Assembly: GCF_006345805.1 (NCBI RefSeq)
Contig: NC_043009.1
Coordinates: 40,362,001-40,426,000 of the forward strand
Direction of reading: 5' to 3'
Origin: Octopus sinensis
Taxonomy: Eukaryota
Length of the DNA stretch: 64,000 nucleotides
The notes beneath the pieces were generated by a model. That model was not told the origin of the DNA. It made no database searches and worked only from the letters and a program-made list of their open reading frames with translations. Positions 1 to 12,109 of the stretch are shown piece after piece; the first letter of the stretch is position 1; every line of letters begins with the position of its first letter. The position numbers were made by a program, and so were the translations under genes.

Positions 1-362
1 GCTCGGATATCTACTACTTCCGAAGTTCTGCTCGCTATGAAACATATGTAGCCTGGATATTATCTACTCCATTGCTTAACTCTTGTATTTTATTCACATA
101 CTTGACAACTCTGGCTACCTACCGTGAAATATAAACTAATTTTTTGTCCGTTTATACTTCGATACGGAAAGAATCGACAATCTTCCGACTCAATAAACCA
201 CTACTGTTCTTGAAAGTTGTTTTTATATTTTCTACGGTTTGCTTGAAGCTCACCTTCTTCTAACACCTCGATTCTTGGATCTTACCTATATATGTATGCA
301 TGTATGTATGTATGTATGTATGTATGTATGTATGTATGTATGTATGTATGTATATATGTATG

Positions 363-415
<53 letters not shown>

Positions 416-417
<2 letters not shown>

Positions 418-813
418 TCTTTTTCTTTTATTAGTTTCAGACATTTGACTGCGGCCATGCTGGGGCATCACCTTAAAGGGCTTTAGTCGAACAAATCGAA
501 CCAGGACTTATTTTTCGTAAGTCTATCGGGCTCCTTTGCCGAGCCGCTAAATTACGGGGACATAAACACACCAGCATCGGTTGTCAAGTAATGGCAGTGG
601 GAGGGACAAACACAGACACATACATAAATGCATACACACACACACATACACTCACACACACATATATATGTATTTATGACGGCTTCTTTCAGTTTCTGTC
701 CACCAAATCCACTCACAAAGTTTCGGTCGGGCCGAGGCTATAGTAAAGGCACTTGCCCAAGTTGTCACACATATGCTTGAGAAGCACGCTTCTTACCACT
801 CAGCCACGCCTGC
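416..813 (-). mobile_element. tRNA-headed SINE, type A (internal microsatellite, ...GGCGGTGCTCCAGCATGGCC...GAAAC tail)
   Basis: Full-length reverse copy matching the + copies at 17450 and 24445 (head, CTTGGGCAAGTG, GACGGAAACTGAAAGAAGCC, tail). Confidence 0.9.
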
Positions 814-834
814 ACACATATAGCCACGTCTGCG

Positions 835-914
<80 letters not shown>

Positions 915-961
915 AGTGTGTGTGTGTGTGTGTATGTGTGTGTGAGTGTGTGTGTAGTGAG

Positions 962-1110
962 AATTTACAAAAAAAAGACGATGACGGGTGTGTAAACAAC
1001 AAGCAGATGTTTTAGTTTAACGCTCGGGAAGTTGGAAAGTCTTTTATGTTTCGAGCTTACGCTCTTCGACAGAAAGGAATACAAAAATAAAACAGGGAAA
1101 GAAAATAGAA
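962..1110 (-). mobile_element. Penelope-like terminal repeat fragment with hammerhead-like motif
   Basis: Homologous to 52826-53010; contains GAGCGTA(A/G)GCTCGAAAC and abuts a microsatellite. Confidence 0.6.
1041..1076 (-). ncRNA. minimal type-I hammerhead-like motif, core CUGUCGA
   Basis: Minus strand CTTT-CTGTCGA-A-GAGC(GTAA)GCTC-GAAA-CA-TA-AAAG; 4-bp stem I, 4-bp stem II. Confidence 0.55.
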
Positions 1111-1228
1111 GTTTTAGTGGTTAATGATCTAACATGGCGAATCTTTGAGTTACTGTTTTAGTTGCAAGTTTATAACACCGCTATTTTCTATGAACTCTAT
1201 TATTTTCAATCCAGCTGTCTCTATATAT

Positions 1229-1745
1229 AAAATGGAGAAAACTTTCGATCAACAAACCAACAAATTGAACCACCTCGGTTGATTACAAAACATGAGATAA
1301 CATTCCTTACGACCGTTTCCGCTTCCAATGTTGGTCGGTGCTAACGAAAAAATTCCAAAAATAATATTCATCTTCATAGCAAATTCGATTTAATACATGG
1401 AGCTTCAACCGAGTGAATACAAATGCGTAAAATAAAATAAACGAAAGGAAGACGGAAGAAGAAAGAACAGGGCCCCGACAAGAGGCCAGAAGGCTCAATA
1501 TATTAAAATCATACCATCTTGCAGCGTGGAGCTTAAAGTCGATAGGCAATGACGGAGCTCCATGTATTAGATCGAATGTGCTACGAAGATGACGAATATT
1601 ATTTTCGGAATTTCTTTCAGATACACCGGTTAACATTGGAAGCAGAAACGGCTGTAAGAAATGTTATGCCATGTTTCCATTTAATAAATGATCCAACGAT
1701 GTGGTTCAGTTTGTTGGTTTGTTGATCAAAGGTTTTCTCCATTTT
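1229..1745. repeat. fold-back: ~185-bp imperfect inverted arms (1229-1410 / 1554-1745), ~145-bp spacer
   Basis: AAATGGAGAAAACTTTCGATCAACAAACCAACAAATTGAACCAC pairs with GTGGTTCAGTTTGTTGGTTTGTTGATCAAAGGTTTTCTCCATTT; similarity continues inward to GAAGCTCCATGTATT. Confidence 0.85.
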
Positions 1746-1789
1746 CTGCTTATTTAAATTTGATTCCTAATAAAGTTTTGTTTATTCAG

Positions 1790-1849
1790 TTATTACCTGT
1801 GCCCTATGAGTATAGTGTGCCTGCATACCCATGCCTAGGGAAAGCACAG
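1790..1849 (+). CDS. candidate 60-bp coding exon (LLPVPYEYSVPAYPCLGKAQ), product unknown
   Basis: ttttgtttattcag acceptor, CAG|GTAATA donor, only phase-0 frame open. Confidence 0.3.
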
Positions 1850-2323
1850 GTAATAAATACGGATACTATTATCCCGTAGACAGTTACTACAGCCGCTAAC
1901 TCTGCTTACCTTTATATATGTATGTGTGTGTGTGTGAGTGTGTGTGTGTGTGTGTGTGTATGTGTGTGTGTGTGTGTGTGTATATTTCTAGCTCAATAGT
2001 CGTCATTAGCACGGTCACTGTTCGACCTTATCTCCAGTAGCGAGGGGAATTTGACTCACCAAAAATGTAGAACATGTTTATGGTCATATATATATATATA
2101 TAAATCCTTAAATCCTTTAAAATGATTCAGCTCGAAAGCTGTGGCCATACTGGGGCACCATTGTTGAATGTACTACACTAGTATGTGAAACCACTTCTGA
2201 TACGTGGCACTTGCTCAACAAGGGAGTTCGACACCGCTGCCCGCATCTGTGTTTCCTGCCGAGAGGTAGGTTCATCTGGAAAATATATATGAGCGTAAAC
2301 ATGTTCTACTTTTCAATAACAGT

Positions 2324-2670
2324 GAAGGTGCGTGGCTAAGTGGTCAGAGCGTCGGTTCATAATCATGAGGTAGTGAGTTCGATTCCTGGACCGGGTTGTG
2401 TGTTGTGTTCTTGAGCAAAACACTTTATTTCACCTTATTCTAGTTGACTCAGCTGTAGAATTGGGTTGCGACGTCACTGGTACCAAACTGTATCGGCCTT
2501 TGCGCTTCCCTTGGAGCTTCCCTTGGCGCTAACATCATTGGCGTGGAAAGGGTAGCCTGATGTGAATGGGCGACCGCTGGTCTTCCACAAACAACCTTGT
2601 GCGAACTTGTGCTCCGGAAGGGAAATTTCTCGGTGCAGTCCCACGGTCATTCAAAACCGAAGGGTGTCTT
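2324..2670 (+). mobile_element. tRNA-headed SINE, type C (CORE-like body), tail variant Z
   Basis: A-box TGGCTAAGTGG, B-box GTTCGATTCC, GTGTTCTTGAGCAAAACACTTTATTTCAC body. Confidence 0.8.
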
Positions 2671-3153
2671 TTATATATCAAGCAGACGTAGCCATCTCAG
2701 AAAATGTCTTCCCTCATTGTCTCAAAATAAACTTTGTTGTTGTTGTATATTGCCAGGCGTTCCAGTTGTCACAGTATCATCATTTGTATATCAGGTACTA
2801 TATTGTTCATCATAAACCTTTTTTAAACAGTATTCTGCGACTTGCAAGAGTTTCAACTGCTTTTTGATCAGATTAATTGCATATTTACTGTTTGTCATGA
2901 AAAACGCTTGCCATTAAACAACGCATGCTTTGCATCTCACTCACCTTACCTCTGTTGTACATCTATTTTTATATCTTTAGCGTGGCTGAACTAACAAGAT
3001 ACTTAGATCATTAGGTCTCAAAGACATTATCACCTTCAGAAACGGTGTTCGTTTGGCGCTTATTTAAATGGGATAACGTAAGAAAAAGGTGTTGTTTGGT
3101 TATACCTATTCTACATATCGACATCTTAGCATCATTATTGTTAAATCTCTTAA

Positions 3154-3556
3154 GGCGGTGAGCAGGTAGAACCGTTAGCACGCTGGGCGAAATGCGTAGC
3201 CGTATTTCGTCTGCCGTTACGTTCTGAGTTTAAATTCCGTCGAGGTTGACTTTGCTTTCATCCTTTCGGGGTCGATTAAATAAGTAGCAGTTACGTACTG
3301 AGGTCGATGTAATCGACTTAAACCCTTTGTCTGTCCTTGTTTGTCCCCTCTCTGTGTGTAGCCCCTTGTGGGTAGTAAAGAAATAGGTATTTCTTCTGCT
3401 GCTACGTTTTGAGTTCAAATTCCGCCGAGGTTGACTTTGCCTTTCATCCTTTCGAGGTCGATAAATTGGATACCAGTCAAATACTGGGGTCGATATGATC
3501 GACTATACCCCACCCCTTAAATTCCGGGTCTTGAGCTTATAGTAGAAAGGATTATT
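3154..3556 (+). mobile_element. SINE type B (Meta-domain-like GACTTTGCCTTTCATCCTTTCGGGGTCGATAAA), dimer
   Basis: One head plus two ~180-bp units joined at GTAGTAAAGAAATAG|GTATTTC. Confidence 0.85.
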
Positions 3557-3804
3557 AAATTTCTTACATAATTTTAGGTGGACAGACTCCTGTATTTTGT
3601 TTCTATGACATGCCCTTCTGTTTCAACTTTTAAGGCTGAGTTTCAAAGTTTTAATTGTTAATTCAAGTTGTTAATTAACCTGGTGTTAATTAACGTTGGC
3701 ACATTCAACTATGCTAGACCAGGGAATGCTTTTTTTTTTCTGATTTCGTTATCTTTCGTTATATTTCCTTAATGTTACGTTTTGAGTTAACCTTGTTGTA
3801 GTTG

Positions 3805-3994
3805 TTATTATTATTGTTTTAACATCATGATCGTTGTTGTTATTATTGTTATTATTATTACAATAGTCATCATCGTCATCGTCGTTGTCGTCATCATCAT
3901 CGTCATCACCACCACTACCATCATGATCATCATCATCGTCATCACCATCATCACCATCATCATCACCATCATCATCGTCGTCGTCGTCATCATC

Positions 3995-4047
<53 letters not shown>

Positions 4048-4050
4048 TAT
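3805..4050. repeat. compound (ATT)/(GTC)/(ATC) trinucleotide microsatellite
   Basis: Direct sequence. Confidence 0.95.
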
Positions 4051-4212
4051 TAATTTTTTTTATCCAGCTTCTTTAGTATGTTTTCATCTTATTTGAAACT
4101 TAAAATAATGTGTTGCCCTTTGCATTTCTCTTAACTGTTAATCTATTTTCTGCTCTATGTTAATAATAAAGACACACTTTCACCTTCCCGTGATAATTAT
4201 TAATTGCTATTA

Positions 4213-4400
4213 GTTCGGTGGATTGGCAGTTCATAGAAGCATCGGGTATTTCTTCCGAATCTTTAGATTCTGAGTTGAAGTCACTCCGAGATCAACCTTG
4301 CCTATCATCCTCTCTCTGGAGTAGATAAAGTAAAGAATCAGTCTAGTAATAGAGCTGATAGTATCAACTACTCTTCCGCCTTTAATTTTACTGGATCTGG
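4213..4400 (+). mobile_element. degenerate SINE type B
   Basis: TTCTGAGTTGAAGTCACTCCGAGATCAACCTTGCCTATCATCC remnant. Confidence 0.55.
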
Positions 4401-4803
4401 TACCTGAATTAAAAATTATTAATTACCTTTGTTCTTGTGGTTTTCTTTTTAGTGCCGTACTCAAATATAGTCGTTCATTTTTTTTTTCTCTCTCAACTTT
4501 TTAGTTCGGTAATGCAATAATTCAATTGATTACATTAAAATTGTATCTTATTAATAAGATTTCTAATCTCTCCATAATAATAGCGAATATAAATGCTGAT
4601 TGGCTGGTTGGTTGGTTTGTTGGTTGATTGGTTATATACAGAGGGGAAGATTGAATAAAAGAGAGATACAGAATCTTAAAAGTAAAAACAGCTGCAAGGT
4701 GAATGTTTAGTGGCAGGCGATGAGTAAAGGAACGTTAGATATATACATACATACATGCATACATACATACATACATACATACATACATACATACATACAT
4801 ACA

Positions 4804-4834
<31 letters not shown>

Positions 4835-4867
4835 CATACATACATACATACATACATACATACATAC

Positions 4868-5270
4868 ATGGTGGCTGTCACCTCGTTACGAGTATGGCCA
4901 TTGCACGAAGCTTAACTGTTACTGGTGCTGTGATCGAATGTGACTTTTTAGCCCAGCTAAAGATCTACAATGTCTTGTAGAGAATTGGCAGCTAAAATCA
5001 TTACCGGCAATAGCCGGCTGTAGTTGTAACTGGGCTTCATGTACCTTTGCATGTCGTTTAAGTCCTCCTGCCGAATTACACTCTCTTCCACATGTCTGAC
5101 AGATATGATTAGTATGGTGTGTTACACCACCACCAGTGGCCAGGTTGTCACTCATCTGTCTCGCTTTATGACTACGAAGATGACTCTTGAGTCCAGTTTT
5201 ACTGAGGCAGAGTCTTGTACAGACACTGCATGTCAGCATCATAGGAAGACCCTTCCCATCTGGAAGCGTA
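4868..5270 (-). mobile_element. 3' end of an RTE-type LINE encoding three C-x2-C...SxxGLxxH-x3-H zinc fingers
   Basis: CSVCTRLCLSKTGLKSHLRSH, CQTCGRECNSAGGLKRHAKVH, CQFSTRHCRSLAGLKSHIRSQH; runs into a (TATG)n tail; lacks TGEKPY linkers. Confidence 0.7.
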
Positions 5271-5437
5271 ACATATATGCATGCATACATACATACATAC
5301 ATACATACATAATACAGTGATAAAAAAAACTAACATAGAGATGGGGCGAATAAATACGTACGCGTATCCGTGAAACAAATGATATGAGTTGATGTGTGTC
5401 TCTGACAAACAAAAAATTTTTTAAATCTAAATATTAC

Positions 5438-5494
<57 letters not shown>

Positions 5495-5708
5495 TATAGT
5501 GTATATAACTTGATATACGCATTGTTAGGGAAAACACGTTTTTACCTTATTTCATAGTTTATATTGAAAATCGAAATTGAAAATTTTAGAAGGAAACAAA
5601 AGTGTTTTCTGCGTTGATTTTATATTATGGCATTATGGAAATTCATGCACACACAAATACGCATCCTCTCTCTTTCTTTCTCTCTTTCTTTCTCTCTCTC
5701 CCTCTAAA

Positions 5709-5751
<43 letters not shown>

Positions 5752-6109
5752 CCAGACATACACACACAATCACAAGGCATTAATGGCTGTTTTAGAAAGC
5801 ATACAGTGATCTTCGGCTTTAAGAACTGTTGCGCTTAAAGAGAAACAAAATGAACTTTATCTCCTGAGTAAGCAAAACGAATACATAAGTGTTTAAATGA
5901 AGAAATGAGAAATTTGTTTTATCTAATTTCATTTTAATGTAACAAATAGTTTTCTTTTGAAATTAGTATTCATTTCCTCATTTTGTATAAACAGAAATTA
6001 ATTTGATACAATTGAATTATAATTATTGTATGTTTGCTATATTTCCTCCCATTACTTGTGATGATAAAAGTATGCTAGTTGCGCGAATCTAGCTGTATTA
6101 ATAATCCTG

Positions 6110-6320
6110 TCCCATTTTAGCACAAGTCCAACCATGTGGAAGGAAGAGGAAAGTCGATTATAACGACCCCAATGCTCAGCTGGCACTTATTTTATCGACC
6201 TCGAAATGGTGAAAAGCTAAAGTCGACCGCGTTGGGATTTGAACTAAGAATGTAAAGGTACAGAAGAAACGTCGCTTAGCATTTTTGTTCAACGACTTAA
6301 CGATTCTAGCAGCTTGGCAT
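6110..6320 (-). mobile_element. degenerate SINE type B
   Basis: TTATTTTATCGACCTCGAAATGGTGAAAAGCTAAAGTCGAC matches the reverse complement of the type B body. Confidence 0.7.
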
Positions 6321-6321
6321 G

Positions 6322-6645
6322 TTTTTATTTATTTATTATGCGCCCTTTTCTAGCCTAGCCAGGCTCATGGACCCGGTTTCCCGGTTTGTATGGCGTATGT
6401 GTTCCCCACCCCAGCTGGACGGGACGCTAGTCCATCGCAGCGTTACTCAAGAAACACGAAGAAAAAGTGAGAGAAAGTTGTAGCGAAACAGTACAACAGG
6501 GGTCACCACCACCTCCTGCAGGATCCTCGCGGAGCTTTAGGTGTTTTCGCTCAATAAACACACACAACGCCCGGTCTGGGAACCGAAACCGCGATCCTCC
6601 GACCGCGAGTCCGCTACCCAAACCACTGGGCCATTGCGCCTCCAC
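6322..6645 (-). mobile_element. SINE type D (GGAGGCGCAATGGCCCAGTGG head) with tail X
   Basis: Head as at 55793; tail GCGATGGACTAGCGTCCCGTCCAG...GGGCGCATAATAAATAAA. Confidence 0.9.
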
Positions 6646-6900
6646 AAATAAATGCGCCCTTTTAAAGCCTAGCCAGGCTCATGGGCCCGCTTTCGCGGTT
6701 TGAATGGCGTATGTGTTCCCCAGCTGGACGGGACGCCAGTCCATCACAGCTTTACTCATTTTTGCCAGCTGAGTGGACTGGAGCAATGTGAAATGAAGTG
6801 TTTTGCTCAAGAACACAACTCGTCACCCGGTCCAGGAATCGAAACCACAATTTTACGATCATGATGCTGATACCCTAACCACTAAGCCACGCGCCTCCAC
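6646..6900 (-). mobile_element. SINE type C (CORE-like) with tail X
   Basis: Head GGAGGCGCGTGGCTTAGTGG, body TTCTTGAGCAAAACACTTCATTTCACATTGCTCCAGTCCACTCAGCTGG, same tail as 6322-6645. Confidence 0.9.
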
Positions 6901-6929
6901 ACCTTGGAACGTTTAGTCGTATTAATAAT

Positions 6930-8132
6930 ATTTGATACATAGTTTTCAGGATTTTGCTAACTCATCGTTAAGTATAATACTCGGTAATATTCTACAGCTA
7001 ATTTTCTTTTTGTTCTAGAATGTTGTATCTTCTCTTGTTTCTGAATAACTTCTAAGCTTTCCTTTATCTTAATTCTTGAATTCAAGTATCTTTATTTAGC
7101 CATACAATATTTGCTTTTATTACCTGTATGCGTATATCTCTTTTAAATGCAGCCGTTACCTATTTTTTCATACCGGCATTCCTTCTAAAATTTCTCACTC
7201 TTCGTTATAGGTTATCTAACCGGTGAAAATCGGTGAGATAATGTTCTTAATCATTCATGTATAAAGATGGTTTATATACGCCCAATTTCAGTTGTATCAA
7301 TACCCAGTTTTCTGCAGCATCGGATCCAGATGTGTTAAAACAAAACAGAAGAGTAACGGCGAAAGGAAATTTTCTTGTACATTTTCTCTGCTAATGTGGA
7401 TATCATCGGCTTTTATCCAACCATCGTTTTGGTGGATAAACGGTTGTTTTCCATTTTATCATAACATATTGGACATAATCAATTATTTCTGGTACTATCT
7501 TACTCATATTTAGCCATCCAAATAACCATCCACATGGGACGCTATCAAACGTGTGGTTGCTAATCTATTTATACACACCATACTTAATGTGCTCTCCATT
7601 CCAGCTATCTTCACTTATGGCTTTATTTATCAATAATAGATTTTTTTTCCTCGGCGATAAATGCCTCTTTTGGCATCATTTCTGTTCGTTTGGTAAGATA
7701 AACGCTTCGCAGTGTGTATCTAATCTGAGCATGAGTATTGATGTGAGAGATTGATAGGTGTGGTATGTGGATAAAGACAGGTAATCGATCTGTAATTCTG
7801 AAGGTTTCTTGCATTATCAGATTTACATATTAACGTTGTTATTCCCTTGATGAGCCAACCGAGTGTTGTTTTCCTGCTTCTCTAATAATAGATATTGAAA
7901 TATCTTTTGCATTTATTATATGTGCATTAAATACATGTTTGAAGCAGGAGTTGGCTAATTTATCAATAGCAGAATCTTCCCAATTGATAGCTTTTGATTG
8001 AAGTGCTCTGTGACTTTCTTCTGTTGCTAAGTCTACCCACCTTGCATTGTGGAACACTTTTCTGTTCACTATTTACTGTTTTATCAATAGAAACCATTAT
8101 TATTATCAGCATTATTATTATTATTATTATTA

Positions 8133-8177
<45 letters not shown>

Positions 8178-8570
8178 CATTATTATTATTATTTTGATTT
8201 TATCAGCTCCATATTGTTTACCAAATCTCTTTTATCACTTTCCCAGTTGAGTTGCATGTTATTTCAAGTTTCTTTTTTGTTGAATTCTTGATACAATTTG
8301 TTAGAGGAAGAAGAAAATTGATTGTTTTGCGTATAGAAGAAATGGTAATTTTGAAGTCTTCTCATCCTTTGTATTTTTCTTTTTTTAAAGGTTTTCTTAT
8401 CAAAACCTCTTTGCAAAGTTTATGTTGATGTTATAACGTAAATTTTTCTCGATATCTGTTGTTGTTTTTTAATCTTGCTTTCATCTGATTTCTCCTTATT
8501 TCTCAAAACAATATAAAAAAAAAAAGGAATCAGAAGGCATTTACTCGCTCTATCTTTGATTTGATTTCGT
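6930..8570 (-). mobile_element. R4/Dong-clade non-LTR retrotransposon, decayed RT region
   Basis: Frameshifted motifs NYRSITCL, ILPNEQK..LLINKAISEDS, FDSVPCGWL, FLSPLLFCF, HLLYMND, plus N-terminal KIQRMRR..NNQFSSSSNKLY; split by (ATT)n at ~8095-8195. Confidence 0.85.
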
Positions 8571-8694
8571 CTTTCCATTTTGGGCCCATTGGGATTCCAT
8601 ACTTTTGCAGTGTTGCTTGCTAAATTACAGATATATATATATATATATGTGGGTTTGTTTGTATATATGTACGTGCGTGTATGTGTGCGTGTGT

Positions 8695-8730
<36 letters not shown>

Positions 8731-9209
8731 GTGTGTGTGTGTATAAATGTATGTATTTATGGTTGTATATATGTATCTATCTATCTATCTATCTATATAT
8801 CTATATATATATATATACATGTGTATATATATGTATATCTCACTCTATCTACTCCTCTCTTTCTCTCACTTTCTCTCTCTCTCTCTCTTTCTCTCTCTGT
8901 ATAAATATATACTCTGTGTGTAAATAATAATGGCAGTCGTGTAATGAACCTGGTTCACTCTGTCTGTGTCCATTAGCTGTACATGTTTTAGGACTTACAA
9001 GATTACTTAGCTGTGTATTGATATATCTTAAACTTATTCTCCATTCAATTTCAGCTCTAAACGTATAATTCTCTTTTATCAAGGGGAGATAATTTGGATG
9101 TCAGTATTTTTAATATTTTTTCCTTGTGGTGGGTAATAATTTCAGAAATATTATTAGATTGGTATAAAATTGGCATATGTAATAATTGTGTGTATACATA
9201 CATACATAC

Positions 9210-9254
<45 letters not shown>

Positions 9255-9278
9255 ATATATGTACACGCACATATATGT

Positions 9279-9601
9279 GGAGGCACAATGGCCCAGTGGT
9301 TAGGGCAGTGGACTCGCTGTTTCGATTCCCAGACCCAGCGTTGTGAGTATTTAATGAGCAAAAACCCTGCTGTACTTTTTCACCACAACTTTCTCTCACT
9401 CTTTCTTTCTGTTTGTTGTACCTGTATTTCAAAGGGCCAGCTTTGTCACACTCAATGTCTCGCTGAAACTCCCCGAGAACGACGTTAAGGGTGGTACACG
9501 TGTCTGTGGAGTGCTCAGTCACTTGCATATTAATTTCCCGAGCAGGCTCCTCCGTTGATCGGATCAACTAGAACTCCCGTCGTCGTAGCCGACTGAGTGC
9601 C
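9279..9601 (+). mobile_element. SINE type D with tail Y, internally deleted
   Basis: Same head and TGTACCTGTATTTCAAAGGGCC...GTCGTAGCCGAC tail as 55791-56179. Confidence 0.9.
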
Positions 9602-9857
9602 ACTATGTATATATATATAATATATATATATATATATTATATATATATATATATAGTTATATATACATTGTTGTTCTTGTAATTTTTCAGTGTATGGTAT
9701 GTTTCATTATCGTCTGAAGTCTTAAAAATAGTTATAGTGTGTTCATTTCTCTTGTAGCCATTGCTTACGTTAGATTCTATTTCATTGAATGTATTTGTCT
9801 TCGATATCTATTTCAATGTATAATATCGTCTTTTCAATTATATACATACATACATAT

Positions 9858-9906
<49 letters not shown>

Positions 9907-10189
9907 ATCAGCTTTCTTTTCTTTCAGGGATGTCCTAGAGGCTGGACGTATGCTATATATCTCTCTGTTCTATCTTTTCTCGTCAAAGAAAATATTTCTC
10001 CATCGTTTTCTTTTTTAACCATGTTCGGGTCTAACGACTCTCCATGTTTGTTTCCCTTCGGTTTGTTTGTATGTCCCCACTGTCGTGATTTTGGCACCAA
10101 CTATGACCTTCCATAAATCCCAAATTTTATTTTGGTATTTGTGGTAGCAACTGCCTTCGAAGACTCATATTGTCGTTCAGTTCTCGAGG

Positions 10190-10345
10190 TGAGGAGTGGA
10201 TAGACAGCCGACAACTGATGAAGGGTCATTCTTTATGTTACTATCCTCTTTTCTATTTTTCCTCTCGTTGTTTGCGTATTCAACTCATTTGTTTTCGTGG
10301 TTCTGTTGTTTACTGTTTGTGATGTCCTGTACCCATATATAGGTG

Positions 10346-10350
<5 letters not shown>
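10190..10350 (+). mobile_element. Penelope-like terminal fragment (GACAACTGATGAAGGG family)
   Basis: Homologous to 55255-55440 and 55560-55712; ends GATGTCCTGTACCCATAT before (TA)n. Confidence 0.5.
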
Positions 10351-10441
<91 letters not shown>

Positions 10442-10455
10442 TTGGAGACCAAAAT

Positions 10456-11583
10456 TTGGACAAAACAATGGAAGTACCTTAACATTTCAAACAAAATTTA
10501 TTATATGGGGTAGGACCGCCTTTGGCAGTAATTACAGCTTGTATTCTACGAGATATGAACTCGTACAAAGTTTGAATTGTTTCCAAAGGAATTTTTGTCC
10601 GTTCTTCAGCTAAAACAGTCTCCAGTTCTTGTAGTGATGATGGTGGAGGAATATCGACTCCTTAAATGTTTTCTAAAATGCACCATAAATGTTCAATTAT
10701 ATTGAGATCTGGGTACTGTAGTGGCGAGATAAGATGTTCAACTTCACTAGAATGTGAATTAGTGCATTATCATCCTGAAATATCGCGTTTCCCTCCCGAA
10801 ACAGTAACGCAATCATAGGAGGAATTTGATCAAATAAAATACTTAAATACTCTTGACTATTAATTCTGCCACGAAGGGAAACCATTGGGCCGGCGGATTT
10901 CCCAGTTATAGCCCACCCACCCCAGATCATCACAGATTCTTCCCCATGTTTAACAGTTCGAAGAAAGCAGTCTGGGCCAAATGCTTATTTTGGCTGTCTC
11001 TACACGTATACTCGGCCGATGGTCGGAAATAATGTATAGGATGACTAGTCGAAGAAAATAACATTCTTTCACTACACTTGGGACCAATTCTGTAGGTTTT
11101 TACTCCACTCTAAACGCTTTGCAACGTTTGTTTTTGAAAGTTCTGGTTTTCTGATTGCGGCCCTCCCGTGAAATCCGACTATGTGCACCGCCCAGCAAAC
11201 AGTTTTGTGGAAACTGGGTTCCCGAAGTGGTCATTAATCTGTGGAGTAATTTTGAGAGCTGTACTTTTGTGATCCTTTCTAATAATTTGCGTAAGAGTCC
11301 GACGCTCCATGTCTGAAAGTTTAGGTTTCCTTCCGGAGTTTTCTTACTCTAGCGCCTGCCGTACGAGCATCAACAATTTGACTGGTTGAAAGCCCGATAC
11401 GTCATTATAATGAATTTTAATTACCTTTTTCTGATGATATCTGAAAAGGAACAGCAATGTTAGCAAAACATATTAAAGCAACACTAATAAAAAAATAAAA
11501 AAAACATTAAAATAAACAAGCTTTTGACGGTTTTATAGATACTTCAAAATTATGATGCTATGATACTTTGTCCAACCCCTGTA
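10456..11583 (-). mobile_element. Tc1-family DNA transposon relic
   Basis: MIWG..GPMVSLRGRINSQEYL..IFQDDNA and PDLNIIEHLWCILE motifs; TIR remnants TTGGACAAAACAATGG (10456) and TTTGTCCAACCCCTGTA (11567-11583). Confidence 0.9.
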
Positions 11584-11694
11584 TATATATATATATATAT
11601 ATATATAGATATATATATATTATATATATATATATGTATGTATGTATAATATCTATATTATATATATATGTATATATGTATAATATATATATAA

Positions 11695-11755
<61 letters not shown>

Positions 11756-12057
11756 ATATATATTTATACATATATATAAATTTCTTGTGTGTACAGTCAG
11801 AGGTATTATTGCTATAGGGAGGTTTATAACCAATAGTATTTGGTCTATAACAGCATAATTACGTAATAAAATAATCTTCTTGTGAAGAATCACTGTGCAG
11901 TTATGCCCAAATACTCTCTGAACTCTCACTGCAGAAGCTGCACATAGCCACAGGAGGGAGACGCATGAGCCTAGGGAACAAATGGTATAAATTATATGTT
12001 GCGTGTATCATATTTTCGCATGGATGCCTACCTACATACATAAATACATTCTATACC

Positions 12058-12109
12058 GGCAGCAGCAGCAGCAGAAGTAGCAGTAGCAGCAGCAGCAGCA
12101 GCAGCAAGC

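Noticed and set aside
1-290. Possible Tx1 ORF1 remnant on the minus strand
   Set aside because: Only a vague resemblance (FFP..GQKIS) with several stops; not supportable.
7839-8069. ORF initially read as a GIY-YIG endonuclease
   Set aside because: It fits the pre-RT NWK.PG.DK region of the surrounding Dong/R4 element.
11431-11450. CTGATGA-TATCT-GAAA hammerhead-like words
   Set aside because: No stem II or stem I pairing; lies inside the Tc1 relic.
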